61,069 bases of DNA from Vulcanimicrobiales bacterium (GCA_038231455.1 JBBRLI010000018.1:1-61069), one strand, 5' to 3'; shown: positions 30,460-40,231, counted from the first letter of the stretch. The notes: generated from the sequence alone by a model not told the origin. Program-made: numbers and translations.

Positions 30460-31049
30460 GCGCAGTCGAAGTCCGCGCGCGCGAGGAGTTGCGGACCGTG
30501 GGGCGTCTTCGCCATCACACGCTCGCCCGAGCGAAGATATTCATCGAGCGCGACGCCACTGGTGCCACATTCGATCTGCACGTCGATGCGGACCGCGCAC
30601 GCGCCGAGCGTCTCCGCGAATTCCGCGAGTGCACGACGCGTCGAGTCGAAACCGCGTACGATGATATCGCAGTCGCTCTGCGCATGCACGACGGCTGCGC
30701 CACTAGCAAGTTCGAAGCCGACGCTTCCAACCGGTCCAAAGCAAAGTCCATGCGACTGCGCCGCAGACCGAATCGTCGTCAACACGAGCAAAGCGGGCAG
30801 ATTTCGCCTCGGTTGCGCACGCGCGAGCGATTCGGGCTGGATATGCGAGCGAATCGCTGCCTGCGGAGCAACGAGCGGCCATCGCTGCGCGCGCGTGGTG
30901 CCGCGCACGCCGATCGCGATCGATCCTTCGGCGCATGCCATCCGACGGACGACGGCCCATGGCACGCGCTCGAGTTCCAGCCGAATGCGGGGATCGTCGA
31001 TCGATCGAATCCACGCCGGATCGAGCTCGACCAGATCGTGCGGTCGCAA
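30456..31049 (-). CDS. mdcG: Malonate decarboxylase holo-ACP synthase
   Basis: RPHDL, WAVVRR, GSVGFELASG, SDCD and KTPHGP motifs. Confidence 0.9.
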   Translation of the reverse strand: MRPHDLVELDPAWIRSIDDPRIRLELERVPWAVVRRMACAEGSIAIGVRGTTRAQRWPLVAPQAAIRSHIQPESLARAQPRRNLPALLVLTTIRSAAQSHGLCFGPVGSVGFELASGAAVVHAQSDCDIIVRGFDSTRRALAEFAETLGACAVRIDVQIECGTSGVALDEYLRSGERVMAKTPHGPQLLARADFDCA

Positions 31050-31832
31050 TCAGCCATCCCACGACGCGCGCAGCCGCGCCCGAACTTCGCGCGAGAGCGC
31101 GCGCGTTACCACCGCCGCCGGCGCATCGAGTCGCGATCGCGGCGTGCGCGCGGCGACCGCCGGATCGTCGAGCGCAGCGGCGAGTGCGGCGCGCACGCGG
31201 GCGAGCTCCTGGGCGCTTGGATCGTTCGGATCGGCGATTGCAAAGAGCTCGTCGATCGCGCCGAGGCTTGCAAACCGTTCGATGTCACGCGCCGTCGCGG
31301 GAACGATCTGCGCGATGCGCGTGATCTCTTCGCGCGTCATGCGGGTTACGCGCGCGACGGATGGTTCGGACATCACATGCACTTCGATCCCCGGATCGTT
31401 CAGCGCGCCGATCCAGCTCGCTTGAAGACCATGGGCGAGAAACGCGCCCGAGATCGCGCGCCCAACAACCAGTGCGAGCACGGTGTGCCCGGCGCGACGC
31501 TTGCGCGCGTATGCGTCGAGTGCGGCGGCGAGCGCGCGATGAATGCCGATCATTTCTTCGCGCAGACCGAATGCTTGGCCGGGGACGTCGACGATTGCGA
31601 GAACCGCGCCCGGCGCCTCGTCGACGGCGCGCGCGATCGCGAGGCCCTCATCGATGCCGAGTTCACCCGAGCGTGCGCGCGCGAATCGATTCTGCGCATC
31701 GGGGACGACCGCGACTAACCGCGCCGGATGCACGCCGATCGTGCCATCGGCAGCGCGAACCGATGGCGGCAAGTTCGCAAGCGGCAGTGCGCCCGCGCGG
31801 AGCGCGTCGAACCAAACCTCGCCGCGACTCAT
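31050..31832 (-). CDS. mdcE: Malonate decarboxylase gamma subunit
   Basis: IVDVPGQAFGLREE, AISGAFLAHGLQA and VHVMS motifs. Confidence 0.92.
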   Translation of the reverse strand: MSRGEVWFDALRAGALPLANLPPSVRAADGTIGVHPARLVAVVPDAQNRFARARSGELGIDEGLAIARAVDEAPGAVLAIVDVPGQAFGLREEMIGIHRALAAALDAYARKRRAGHTVLALVVGRAISGAFLAHGLQASWIGALNDPGIEVHVMSEPSVARVTRMTREEITRIAQIVPATARDIERFASLGAIDELFAIADPNDPSAQELARVRAALAAALDDPAVAARTPRSRLDAPAAVVTRALSREVRARLRASWDG

Positions 31833-32632
31833 CCGTACCGCTCGCGCAGCGCCCGGTCAAACGCCGGAAGGTCGAGCCCGGGATCGATCGAGAGTTCGGG
31901 CGCGATCCGGTGCGCGTGTGGTTCGCGCGCTGCAAGCGCATGCAGCGCGATGCGAATCGCATCGACGTCGTCGAGGACGAGCGTCTCCGCCTGACCTTGT
32001 GCGTGGCGTCGACGCCCGCCGGTCGCGCGCCACACGAGCGGCCGATCGCGCGCGTCGAGTTCCGCAAGACCGGCCTCTTCTTCCACGACATCCGGGCCGT
32101 TGAGCCCCCAGCGAGCACCCTCGGTCATGATCGCGGCGCTGCAGAGCGACGCCGCGATCCCCATTCCGCCGTACACGCCGATCCGACCCGCGATGACGGC
32201 GACCACGGGCGTGTATGCGCGTAGCGCCACGATCGCATCGCAAATCTCCGCGATCGCCAAAATCCCGAGATTTGCTTCTTGTAGACGGATGCCGCCGGTG
32301 TCGAACACGATTGCCGCGCGCGTGAGGACGCCGCGCGCGCACGCATCGGCCGCACATTCGAGCGCACCAGCGATCTTCGCGCCACCGATCTCGCCGATCG
32401 AGCCGCCAAGATACCGGCCGTCCGTTGCGACGATGACGGCACTCGTTCCGCCGATCGTGCCGCGGCCGACAACGACACCGTCGTCGCTCTGCGCAACGAC
32501 GTTCTGTTCGGCAAGATACGGCGAGCGCACGCGCTCGAAGGGATCGATCAACTCGCGGAACGTCCCGGGATCGAGCAGCAAACGCACGCGCTCGCGCGCA
32601 TCGAGTTCGGCAAAACTCGTTCGCGTGATCAT
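31829..32632 (-). CDS. mdcD: Malonate decarboxylase beta subunit
   Basis: SFAELDARER, DTGGIRLQEAN and GLNGPDVVEEEAG motifs. Confidence 0.92.
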   Translation of the reverse strand: MITRTSFAELDARERVRLLLDPGTFRELIDPFERVRSPYLAEQNVVAQSDDGVVVGRGTIGGTSAVIVATDGRYLGGSIGEIGGAKIAGALECAADACARGVLTRAAIVFDTGGIRLQEANLGILAIAEICDAIVALRAYTPVVAVIAGRIGVYGGMGIAASLCSAAIMTEGARWGLNGPDVVEEEAGLAELDARDRPLVWRATGGRRRHAQGQAETLVLDDVDAIRIALHALAAREPHAHRIAPELSIDPGLDLPAFDRALRERYG

Positions 32633-32922
32633 GTTGCATCCTCGATTGCTTGCTCCAGGCGCAGCGCAACGACAGCCGGAGTTGCTCCAAAGTCATCGAT
32701 CTCAATGCGTGCCGCGATCGGATGGCGTTCGAAAAAACGCGCGACGACCGCGCGCCAGGCGTCCTCATACCCGCGCACGCTCGTGCGAATGCGAACGGTC
32801 GCAAACGGCTCGCTCGTCGGCTCGATCAAGAGTTCGCAGTTACCCGAGGCGACGACGCCGATATGCGCGCGGCGCGCGATCGGCGCTCCACCTTGGTTTA
32901 CGATTTCAAGCGTCTCGATCAT
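32629..32922 (-). CDS. mdcC: Malonate decarboxylase acyl carrier protein (delta subunit)
   Basis: GVVASGNCE (attachment Ser) and DFGATPAVVALRLEQA motifs. Confidence 0.92.
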   Translation of the reverse strand: MIETLEIVNQGGAPIARRAHIGVVASGNCELLIEPTSEPFATVRIRTSVRGYEDAWRAVVARFFERHPIAARIEIDDFGATPAVVALRLEQAIEDAT

Positions 32923-32923
32923 C

Positions 32924-34576
32924 TCACCAGCTCCGGTACCGAGCCGGCGGTTCGTAAAGGCCGACCGACCACTCGACTAAGTCGCGCATCGTCCGCGCCG
33001 CAAGTAGCGAGCGCGATGCAGCGGTGCGCCGGACGCCGAGATCCTCGGGATACGCGACCACGCCGGATCGGCGCAGTGCCGCGGTTCGCTCGGCATCGCG
33101 TAACATGCCGACCGGAGTCACCCCGGCGATTGCGGCGAGCGCCGCGCGCCGATCGTCGACGTTCTCGGCCTTATACAGATACGCGATGCCCTCTTCGGTC
33201 ACCACGTGCGTGACGTCCTCACCGTAAATCATCACCGGCGGAAGATCGAGATTTGCCGCGCGCGCAAGATCGATTGCATCGAGGCGTTCGACGAACGTCG
33301 GCACGCCGCTCTCCCGAAACGTCTCGACCAACTGCACGACGACTTTGCGTCCGCGCCGAATCTCCGCATCGCCGCTCGCCATTTCGAGCCACGTGGGGCT
33401 CGGATGCCGCCGTCCGTGCGGATCGCTGCCCAAGTTCGGCGCACCGCCGAAACCCGCGATCCGCCCGAGGGTCGCAGTCGAGGAGTTCGCGTCGCGATCG
33501 ATCTGCAGCGTCGAACCGACGAAACAGTCATTGGCATACATGCCGGCGGTTTGCGCGATGGCGCGATTGCTGCGCAGCGAGCCGTCGCGACCGGTGAAAA
33601 AAATGTCGGATCGCGCGGCCACGTAGCGCTCCATGCCAAGTTCGCCACCGAAACAGTGCACGCTCTCGACCCAACCGCGTTCGATTGCGGGGATCAGAGT
33701 CGGATGCGGGTTGAGCGCCCAGTGCGTGCAGATTTTCCCGCGTAGGCCGAGTGACTCACCGTAGGTGGGCAGCAACAGCTCGATTGCGGCCGTGTCGAAG
33801 CCGATGCCGTGATTGAGCCGCGCGATCTGATGTTTCTCATACACGCCGCGGATCACGAGCATTGCCATGAGGACTTGCACGTCGTCGATTTGTTCGGGAT
33901 CGCGCGTGAAGAGCGGTTCGATTGCGTAGGGACGGTCGGCGAGGACGACAAGATCGATCCAAGACCCAGGAATATCGACGCGCGGAAGATCGTCGCGCAG
34001 TTCGTTGACTTGTGCGATCACGATGCCGTCGCGAAAGGCGGTTGCCTCGACGATTGTCGGCGTCTCTTCCGTGTTGGCGCCCGTGTAGAGGTTGCCCGCG
34101 GAGTCCGCGGCATCGGCGGTCACAAGCGCGATCTGCGGCGTGAGATCGACGAAATACCGGGCGAAGAGTTCGAGGTAGGTGTGGATCGCGCCGATTTGCA
34201 CTTTTCGATCGGCCACGAGCTGTGCGAGCCGCAGACTCTGCGGACCCGAAAACGAAAAGTCCACGCGCTTCGCGATCCCGCGCTCGAAAAGATCGATATG
34301 CTCGGGCCGACCGAGGACCGAGATGAGCAAATGCAGATCGTGAATTTTCTGGGCATCGACACGCGCAAGCGAGCGCGAGAGAAAGTCGGCCTGCTTCTGG
34401 TTGTTGCCCTCGACGCACACGCGATCGCCCGGTTCGAGGATCGCTTCAAGTAAAGCGACGGCATCGACGGCGGCAAAGCGGCCGTCGCGAATATAGCGGG
34501 CAGCGCGCGCAAGGCGAGCGGCCTTACGTGTGCGGCGCTGCGTCCAGCGATCGGCGGAAGCCGACTCGGAGATCAT
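32924..34576 (-). CDS. mdcA: Malonate decarboxylase alpha subunit (ACP transferase)
   Basis: EGNNQKQADFL, GAIHTYLEL, GFGGAPNLG and C-terminal YEPPARYRSW motifs. Confidence 0.95.
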   Translation of the reverse strand: MISESASADRWTQRRTRKAARLARAARYIRDGRFAAVDAVALLEAILEPGDRVCVEGNNQKQADFLSRSLARVDAQKIHDLHLLISVLGRPEHIDLFERGIAKRVDFSFSGPQSLRLAQLVADRKVQIGAIHTYLELFARYFVDLTPQIALVTADAADSAGNLYTGANTEETPTIVEATAFRDGIVIAQVNELRDDLPRVDIPGSWIDLVVLADRPYAIEPLFTRDPEQIDDVQVLMAMLVIRGVYEKHQIARLNHGIGFDTAAIELLLPTYGESLGLRGKICTHWALNPHPTLIPAIERGWVESVHCFGGELGMERYVAARSDIFFTGRDGSLRSNRAIAQTAGMYANDCFVGSTLQIDRDANSSTATLGRIAGFGGAPNLGSDPHGRRHPSPTWLEMASGDAEIRRGRKVVVQLVETFRESGVPTFVERLDAIDLARAANLDLPPVMIYGEDVTHVVTEEGIAYLYKAENVDDRRAALAAIAGVTPVGMLRDAERTAALRRSGVVAYPEDLGVRRTAASRSLLAARTMRDLVEWSVGLYEPPARYRSW

Positions 34577-34651
34577 TCGCGCGCCTTCGCGGCACGACAC
34601 CCGAGCCCTATGGCAAAAGAAGCCCTGGCCACAATGCGCGGCGCAGACTGC

Positions 34652-35140
34652 TTAACGGATGTGCTTGACTACGCTCTTTGCGAGAGCCACGGACTTCGCG
34701 TCATGCGCCGGGCCGACGCTGCCGTCGATCACATTGAAAACGTAGGCTGCCGTCCCTTTGCGAACGTACACGTTGGTGCCGATCTGCTGCGCCTGGTCCC
34801 CGAGCCCGTGTAGTGCGACCGAGGGTTGCCCCATCTGCGCTGTGGACGAGAGAATGCTTGCAAACGCTGATTGTGCTTCCGGGACCGACGACCAACCATA
34901 CGTGGTAACGGCGATCGCCTTAAACGCACCGGCGCCTTTGATCGTACACATCGACGACGCCCCAAGGAGGCGCGCCTTCATGCCAACGATCGGCACGCCG
35001 AGTGCCTTTGCCGCTTCATCTTTTGTCACCACACCGCACGCATCGGGCGGCTTTGCAGCGAACGCCGGACCCGCCGACGATAGGACTACCGGAAGTGCAA
35101 CGAGGACAGACAAGATAAGTCTTTGCGCGATTGTAGACAC
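34652..35140 (-). CDS. Secreted hypothetical protein with two Cys
   Basis: SD AGGAG before GTG; signal peptide ending AFA; DACGVVTKDEAAKALG pattern reminiscent of DUF3558-like exported proteins. Confidence 0.75.
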   Translation of the reverse strand: MSTIAQRLILSVLVALPVVLSSAGPAFAAKPPDACGVVTKDEAAKALGVPIVGMKARLLGASSMCTIKGAGAFKAIAVTTYGWSSVPEAQSAFASILSSTAQMGQPSVALHGLGDQAQQIGTNVYVRKGTAAYVFNVIDGSVGPAHDAKSVALAKSVVKHIR

Positions 35141-35156
35141 GATCGGCTCCTAGCGG

Positions 35157-35804
35157 TTGAGAGAAAGGTTATTACGAATTTTGTTTCTTCGACGCGGTCT
35201 TACCGGATTGTTGCTTGTCTCTCTGGTTTTGGCGCCTGCGGCCGCCGTGCGAGCGCAAATGGGCGCGTCCGTATCGGCTCCGATTCGTCACGATATCGAT
35301 GGCCGATGCGCGCCTCTTGAAATGGCGGCGCAACAATCGAAATTGATGTACGCCCGCTACACGACCTCTTCGGGGCAGCAGAACCATTCGTGGCAAGACT
35401 ACAAAATCGGTCGGCCCGCTACCAGAGTAACAGCGAGCGAACCGGGTGAAGATGCAACAGGCACGTTCGCTCACGTATTCGCACACCGCGGAAAGATCGA
35501 CGCGGCGTACTTCTTCACGCCCGAAACGCAACGATCCGGTGAGACGACCAGCTGGTATTGCTACCTGAACGGCCGCCTAGCGCGGATGCGGACGCAGTTC
35601 ACCCTTCTGCCCTCAACAGTCACGTGGGTGCGCATCAAATACTATGGCGAGGACGGCGCGTATCTCACGCAAACCGACACGCATCACAGCGCGATTGCCA
35701 GCGACGAGGGGGCAGCCATCGCGCCTCCGCTTGACGAGCACGTATTCGCTACGCCTTCGGCACTACCGTTCTACAAGCTCTTCCGCGCACATCAGCACCG
35801 CTGA
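35157..35804 (+). CDS. Secreted hypothetical protein
   Basis: Hydrophobic signal ending VRA; beta-rich body. Start uncertain. Confidence 0.6.
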   Translation: MRERLLRILFLRRGLTGLLLVSLVLAPAAAVRAQMGASVSAPIRHDIDGRCAPLEMAAQQSKLMYARYTTSSGQQNHSWQDYKIGRPATRVTASEPGEDATGTFAHVFAHRGKIDAAYFFTPETQRSGETTSWYCYLNGRLARMRTQFTLLPSTVTWVRIKYYGEDGAYLTQTDTHHSAIASDEGAAIAPPLDEHVFATPSALPFYKLFRAHQHR

Positions 35805-35835
35805 TCGGATAAGGGAAACGGTTCACTCGCCGCGA

Positions 35836-37644
35836 TTACGTGCGCTTACATTTCATCAGGTACTCTTTGCCGCTTTCCTTTGATGTCACCAGCGTGTAGT
35901 ACGTGTTGGGGTTCGAAAACGTGATGTCTTCATCTGCTGAGGAGGACACGGCGGTCGGGAAATGCAGGATGCCCGAGTCGTTGGCTCCCGTACCCTTATC
36001 TTTATAGGAATATGGCGCGGCCGGCGCAGCTTGCATGTCTTTATCGGCCTGCACGGTGCCGCCGCCCGGTCCGAACGTTCCGGTCGTTGCCATTGGGAAT
36101 CGTGCAACGGCCATGCCGTCCGCGCCGAATGTAAAACCCACGTGCACGTTCACATCGAGCGAGACGCCTTGCACGTTGACGTGCTTCGTGATGAGACACG
36201 CCCAATTCCCGACCATCGGATTCGCGCTGGGTGTCGCGGGCGCCGCGCTCGCCGCAGCCGTTGCGGGCATCACCGGCGGCGGTGAGACGCACTTTGCATC
36301 ATCGCGTTCATACTTCTCGAGCGTAGCCGTCGCGGCTGCCGTCACGGGCGCGGCCAAAAGGTTCGTGAAATCGTGAATTTGCGCGTCGATCCACGGCTTG
36401 ATCAGCGGCGTAATGAACTGTTGGACCACGTTTGGAAGCAGCGACAACGAGGCGGTTGTCAACGCGGCTTGGAGATGCTGGATGTCGGAGCGTTCGACAG
36501 TCGCCCGTCCGATGATGATATCGTGCAAGTGAAGCGACGAGCATTCGGGCTTCTGCGCATCCGATAGCGGCTTCGTGCGATAGGTGGTGAGAGCTGTTTT
36601 GTCCGCGCCAATCTTCTTCTGCTGGTCGACGATCGCCGCATCGTCCGGAATTCCGCCGCCCATCGTCTCCCAGGTTACCGGAGCGTCGACATAGGTGATC
36701 TGGTCGAGGTCGATTCCGGCGAGCGACTTCGCGCAATTTTTGAGTGCATCGGGCCACGGGATCGAATCGGCGTTGAGGTTCGCCGTAAATTTACCGTCGA
36801 CGGCCGTTCCGAGCAATGTGAGCGTTGCCGGATCCGCTTGAACGTTGAGCGTCCACGCTTGGAGCGAACTAGCGATCGTCGTAACCATCGCCAGCACGGT
36901 CGCGACTGCGGTGATTGCCGCGAACAGCGGCGCAAGCGCCGCCTGGACTGCTCGAATGCCGATCCCAATGACGGCGACGACGGCCACGTTCCAGAGCGTC
37001 TCGAAGAAGCCGTTCCCGGAGAGTTTGAGCGCGTCGGTTACGTTTGCGATGACGCTCGAAACAAAATCCGTAACCGTGCTGCAGCCGACCGCAGCGCTCG
37101 CGGGAGCGGCGATGACACGTTCCCATGCGAACGCCGTGCTGGCAACGGGTCGTGCCGCGGTCGGTGAGACTCGCGCCGCATCGGCGATGAAGAGTGTCAC
37201 GACCAGCAGCGGAAACGTCAGGTTCGCGGGATGGGCATAGTCCGCGGTCTTCGGCATGAACTGCGCAGCGTAGGTCGCGAGTGGCCCCTGGCTGCGTTTC
37301 ACCCACGCTCCGATGAACGTGGCAACCCCGGGCAGTTTGGGATTCGCTCGCGTTCGATCGAACGCATCGAGTGCGGCACCCGTCATACCCATCCCGGCAT
37401 CCGCTTGGGCCAGCATATTGCGGAGTTGCCAGCGCGTGATCCGCATCGCGGAGATCGTCCCCGTTAACGGTGCAATCGGCGCTTTGCCCTCGTACGACTC
37501 TTGAACGATGACGCCGCCGCTAGCGAGCGTCGCGATTCCGACCTCGACACCACTTGCCTGCGCTGTTTTGGCGCACCCGGTTACGAGCGGCGACACCATC
37601 GCCAAAGCAAGAACGATCGATGTGCAAACCGAGACCAGCTTCAC
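35836..37644 (-). CDS. Large hypothetical lipoprotein with internal hydrophobic hairpin
   Basis: SD GGAGG before GTG 37644; LVTGC lipobox; ~50-aa hydrophobic segment; Pro/Ala linker; C-terminal beta domain. Confidence 0.8.
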   Translation of the reverse strand: MKLVSVCTSIVLALAMVSPLVTGCAKTAQASGVEVGIATLASGGVIVQESYEGKAPIAPLTGTISAMRITRWQLRNMLAQADAGMGMTGAALDAFDRTRANPKLPGVATFIGAWVKRSQGPLATYAAQFMPKTADYAHPANLTFPLLVVTLFIADAARVSPTAARPVASTAFAWERVIAAPASAAVGCSTVTDFVSSVIANVTDALKLSGNGFFETLWNVAVVAVIGIGIRAVQAALAPLFAAITAVATVLAMVTTIASSLQAWTLNVQADPATLTLLGTAVDGKFTANLNADSIPWPDALKNCAKSLAGIDLDQITYVDAPVTWETMGGGIPDDAAIVDQQKKIGADKTALTTYRTKPLSDAQKPECSSLHLHDIIIGRATVERSDIQHLQAALTTASLSLLPNVVQQFITPLIKPWIDAQIHDFTNLLAAPVTAAATATLEKYERDDAKCVSPPPVMPATAAASAAPATPSANPMVGNWACLITKHVNVQGVSLDVNVHVGFTFGADGMAVARFPMATTGTFGPGGGTVQADKDMQAAPAAPYSYKDKGTGANDSGILHFPTAVSSSADEDITFSNPNTYYTLVTSKESGKEYLMKCKRT

Positions 37645-37805
37645 GGATCCTCCGAACGCAGAGCGCGGCCCGCTCCTGCACTGCAAATTAGGCGGAATTC
37701 GTAAATTCGCTACGCCACGCGAAGTCCCCATCGGCGGCAAAGCGGCATACCGACACGCGGTCCGAAAGCCGAAACTTCAGCCGCATCACGCATAGTGGAG
37801 ACAAG

Positions 37806-38081
37806 ATGTGCCGCAATATTCGCCCGCTCTTTAACTTCGAACCACCGGCAACCGAGGACGACATCAACTCTGCAGCGGTGCAATTCGTGCGGAAGCTTTG
37901 CGGCTTTACCAAACCGTCTCACGCCAACGAAGCGGCGTTCCAGCGCGCCGTTGACGAGATCAGCGCAAGCGCGCAAACACTACTTGCATCGCTCGTTACG
38001 ACAGTCGAACCGCGCGACCGTGAAGCATGGGCCGCGCGCGCGAAAGCACGCTCGGCCACACGCTTCGCGAAGAGCGACTAG
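37806..38081 (+). CDS. DUF2277-family protein
   Basis: MCRNIRPLFNFEPPAT...AAVQFVRK signature. Confidence 0.9.
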   Translation: MCRNIRPLFNFEPPATEDDINSAAVQFVRKLCGFTKPSHANEAAFQRAVDEISASAQTLLASLVTTVEPRDREAWAARAKARSATRFAKSD

Positions 38082-38611
38082 CGCAGCGCGAACTGCGCTC
38101 CGTTGCCTGCGTAGGCGTCGCTCGCACCACGTAAGGTCACCGTACAGTTGGCGGGAATCGTTGCGCTTACGGTTACGGCCACCGATCCCGGATTGCCGAG
38201 TGAGGGCGGCGCAGCCATGACGACATTGCCGCACGCGGGAGCGATGAGGACGCTCGTCGGGAGATTCGCCCCGCCCGTTTGCGTCGCGATGAGCGTAACG
38301 CTCTGCGGCACCGTCGGAAACGTGACGGGCGCAGCGATGGTCGAGCTCGATCCATCCGATGCGACCGCCGTGTAAAACACCGGATACTCCGGATCGCTTG
38401 CACCAAAGGAGGCCGTCCACTTGCCGATGACCGGTGCCGTACTCGGAGCGGTCGGAGCCAACGTCGGCGCCGTCGTCGGTGATGCATTCGGGCTGGGCGT
38501 TGCGGTCACGGTGGCGGTCGGTGCGGGGTTCGACGACGAGCCGCCGCCACTGCAGGCGCTAAAAAGTACGCCCGCCGTCACGATGACGGCGAGTGATTTG
38601 TGGTTGGACAC
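38078..38611 (-). CDS. Hypothetical lipoprotein with Pro/Thr linker
   Basis: GTG 38611, 7 bp after the phosphoesterase stop; FSACSGGG lipobox. Confidence 0.75.
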   Translation of the reverse strand: MSNHKSLAVIVTAGVLFSACSGGGSSSNPAPTATVTATPSPNASPTTAPTLAPTAPSTAPVIGKWTASFGASDPEYPVFYTAVASDGSSSTIAAPVTFPTVPQSVTLIATQTGGANLPTSVLIAPACGNVVMAAPPSLGNPGSVAVTVSATIPANCTVTLRGASDAYAGNGAQFALR

Positions 38612-38618
38612 GAAGATG

Positions 38619-40148
38619 CTATTCGTCGTCGTTCTGCACGTAGCCCGGAATTTTCGCCGGCGCGACGGTGCTGGGTTTGAAATACGGAACCACGCCGAGC
38701 GGACGACGGGCAAACGTTTGCGGCGTCGGCAGCAAGAAGTTGAACGGCGCGAGGATCGGCGCCGCGGCAGCGTCGCGCGCGTTTAGCGGTGCGAGCCCGT
38801 AACGTGCTTCGATCGTTGCGAGGATCGAGACCGTTTCGTACTTCGTATGATCGATCGTGTGTGCGGGAATGAATGGCGAGATGAAAATCGCGGGCACGCG
38901 CGTCGAGGGGCCAAAGCGATCGACCGGGGTCGGCGCGACGTGGTCGTAGTGGCCCCCGGCTTCGTCGTAGACGATGACGATGAGCGAGTCTTTCCAGATC
39001 GGGCTCATCTGGATTTGCGAAACGACGTTCGCGACATAGGTCTGACCTTGCGCGACGTTCGTGTAGCCCGGGTGTTCGTTGTTCGCGCCGAGGGGTTTCA
39101 GGAACGTGACCTGCGGAAGCGTGTTGCTCGAAATCGCGCTAAAGAACGCCGACTCGTCTTGAATGTGTTTCGCACCCGCCGTGCCCGGCGCATAGTTGGC
39201 AAAGTAGAGATACGGCTGGTGGTGCGCTTGGAACGTCGATGCGGGCGTGCCCGCAAGCGCGTCGTTCAAACCGCCCGAGTACCAAGCCCACGTCACGTTT
39301 GCCGCCGTCAGTTCGTCGCCGAGGGTCGTCTGCGTCTGGGGCGTTACGATCGTGTTGGAGCTTGTCTTCGGACCTTGAATCTGCGGATATTGCGTGGTGT
39401 ATGAGGTGTTAACGACGTAGCCGTCGGAGGTCAAGCGGCCTTCGGAGCCACCGAGATTCAGCGGATTTCCACTTGCATCGAACGGCTCGACTTTGGTCGG
39501 CGCCGTAGCGGGATCGATCTTGGCCGTGCACGCGCATGCCATCCAGAAATTATTGATGTACGAGCCGCCGAAGGCGCTCTGCGCGAAGTTATCCGCGAGC
39601 GCATAGTTTTGCGCGAGTCTGCCTTCGGGGAGATTCGTTGCGTCGATATAGCTGAACGAGAGCGCACCTGCGCCATTGTACTGACCGCCGTAGGCGAGAT
39701 ACTTGTCCATCTTGCCGCCGTCGATTTGCGCTTGTTGAATGTAGTAATTGTGGTTCGGGTCGCCCGTCGTGCCGGCAGTGCCGCCGATGTATGCCGTCTC
39801 ATCGAATGCCGCGACCGGAAGCGTCGCGGGGAAGCGCGCGTCGACGTTCGGGTAACTCGTGTAGATCGGCGGCAGCGAGGAGACCGTCTTCCCGCTCAGA
39901 TCGACTTGATTGCTAAAGTTGACGGCGCTCGAGAAGCCGTTTGCACCCGGAAAATTACCGTAGAGCGAGTCGAAGCCCCAGTTTTCCTGATAGATCACGA
40001 TGATGTGATTGATCTTCTGTTTGAAGAGCGACGCCTGCGGCGGGAGAGGCGGAACCTGGGTGACGCCGCCGCCACCACTACACGCGGTGATAGCAAGCAA
40101 CGCCGCGCCGGCAACGGCGCGCTTCGCAAAAGCGAACGGTGATAACAA
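38619..40148 (-). CDS. Lipoprotein acid phosphatase / phosphoesterase (AcpA/phospholipase C superfamily)
   Basis: SD GAGGAG and TTG start; TACSGGG; IYQENWGFD, FGGS, NEHPG and YDEAGGHYDHV motifs. Confidence 0.9.
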   Translation of the reverse strand: MLSPFAFAKRAVAGAALLAITACSGGGGVTQVPPLPPQASLFKQKINHIIVIYQENWGFDSLYGNFPGANGFSSAVNFSNQVDLSGKTVSSLPPIYTSYPNVDARFPATLPVAAFDETAYIGGTAGTTGDPNHNYYIQQAQIDGGKMDKYLAYGGQYNGAGALSFSYIDATNLPEGRLAQNYALADNFAQSAFGGSYINNFWMACACTAKIDPATAPTKVEPFDASGNPLNLGGSEGRLTSDGYVVNTSYTTQYPQIQGPKTSSNTIVTPQTQTTLGDELTAANVTWAWYSGGLNDALAGTPASTFQAHHQPYLYFANYAPGTAGAKHIQDESAFFSAISSNTLPQVTFLKPLGANNEHPGYTNVAQGQTYVANVVSQIQMSPIWKDSLIVIVYDEAGGHYDHVAPTPVDRFGPSTRVPAIFISPFIPAHTIDHTKYETVSILATIEARYGLAPLNARDAAAAPILAPFNFLLPTPQTFARRPLGVVPYFKPSTVAPAKIPGYVQNDDE

Positions 40149-40182
40149 GGGTGCTCCTCAAACGGAAAATGCTGGTTTTCCG

Positions 40183-40226
40183 AATGTAGGGACCTCAGAT
40201 TAAAGCCGGCTTAAGTCTGGCTGAAG
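40183..40226 (-). promoter_or_regulatory. Pho-box-like triple 11-bp-periodic repeat plus -10 TACATT
   Basis: Minus strand reads cTTCAgccagacTTAAgccggctTTAAtctgaggtcccTACATT. Confidence 0.55.
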
Positions 40227-40231
40227 CTTCC

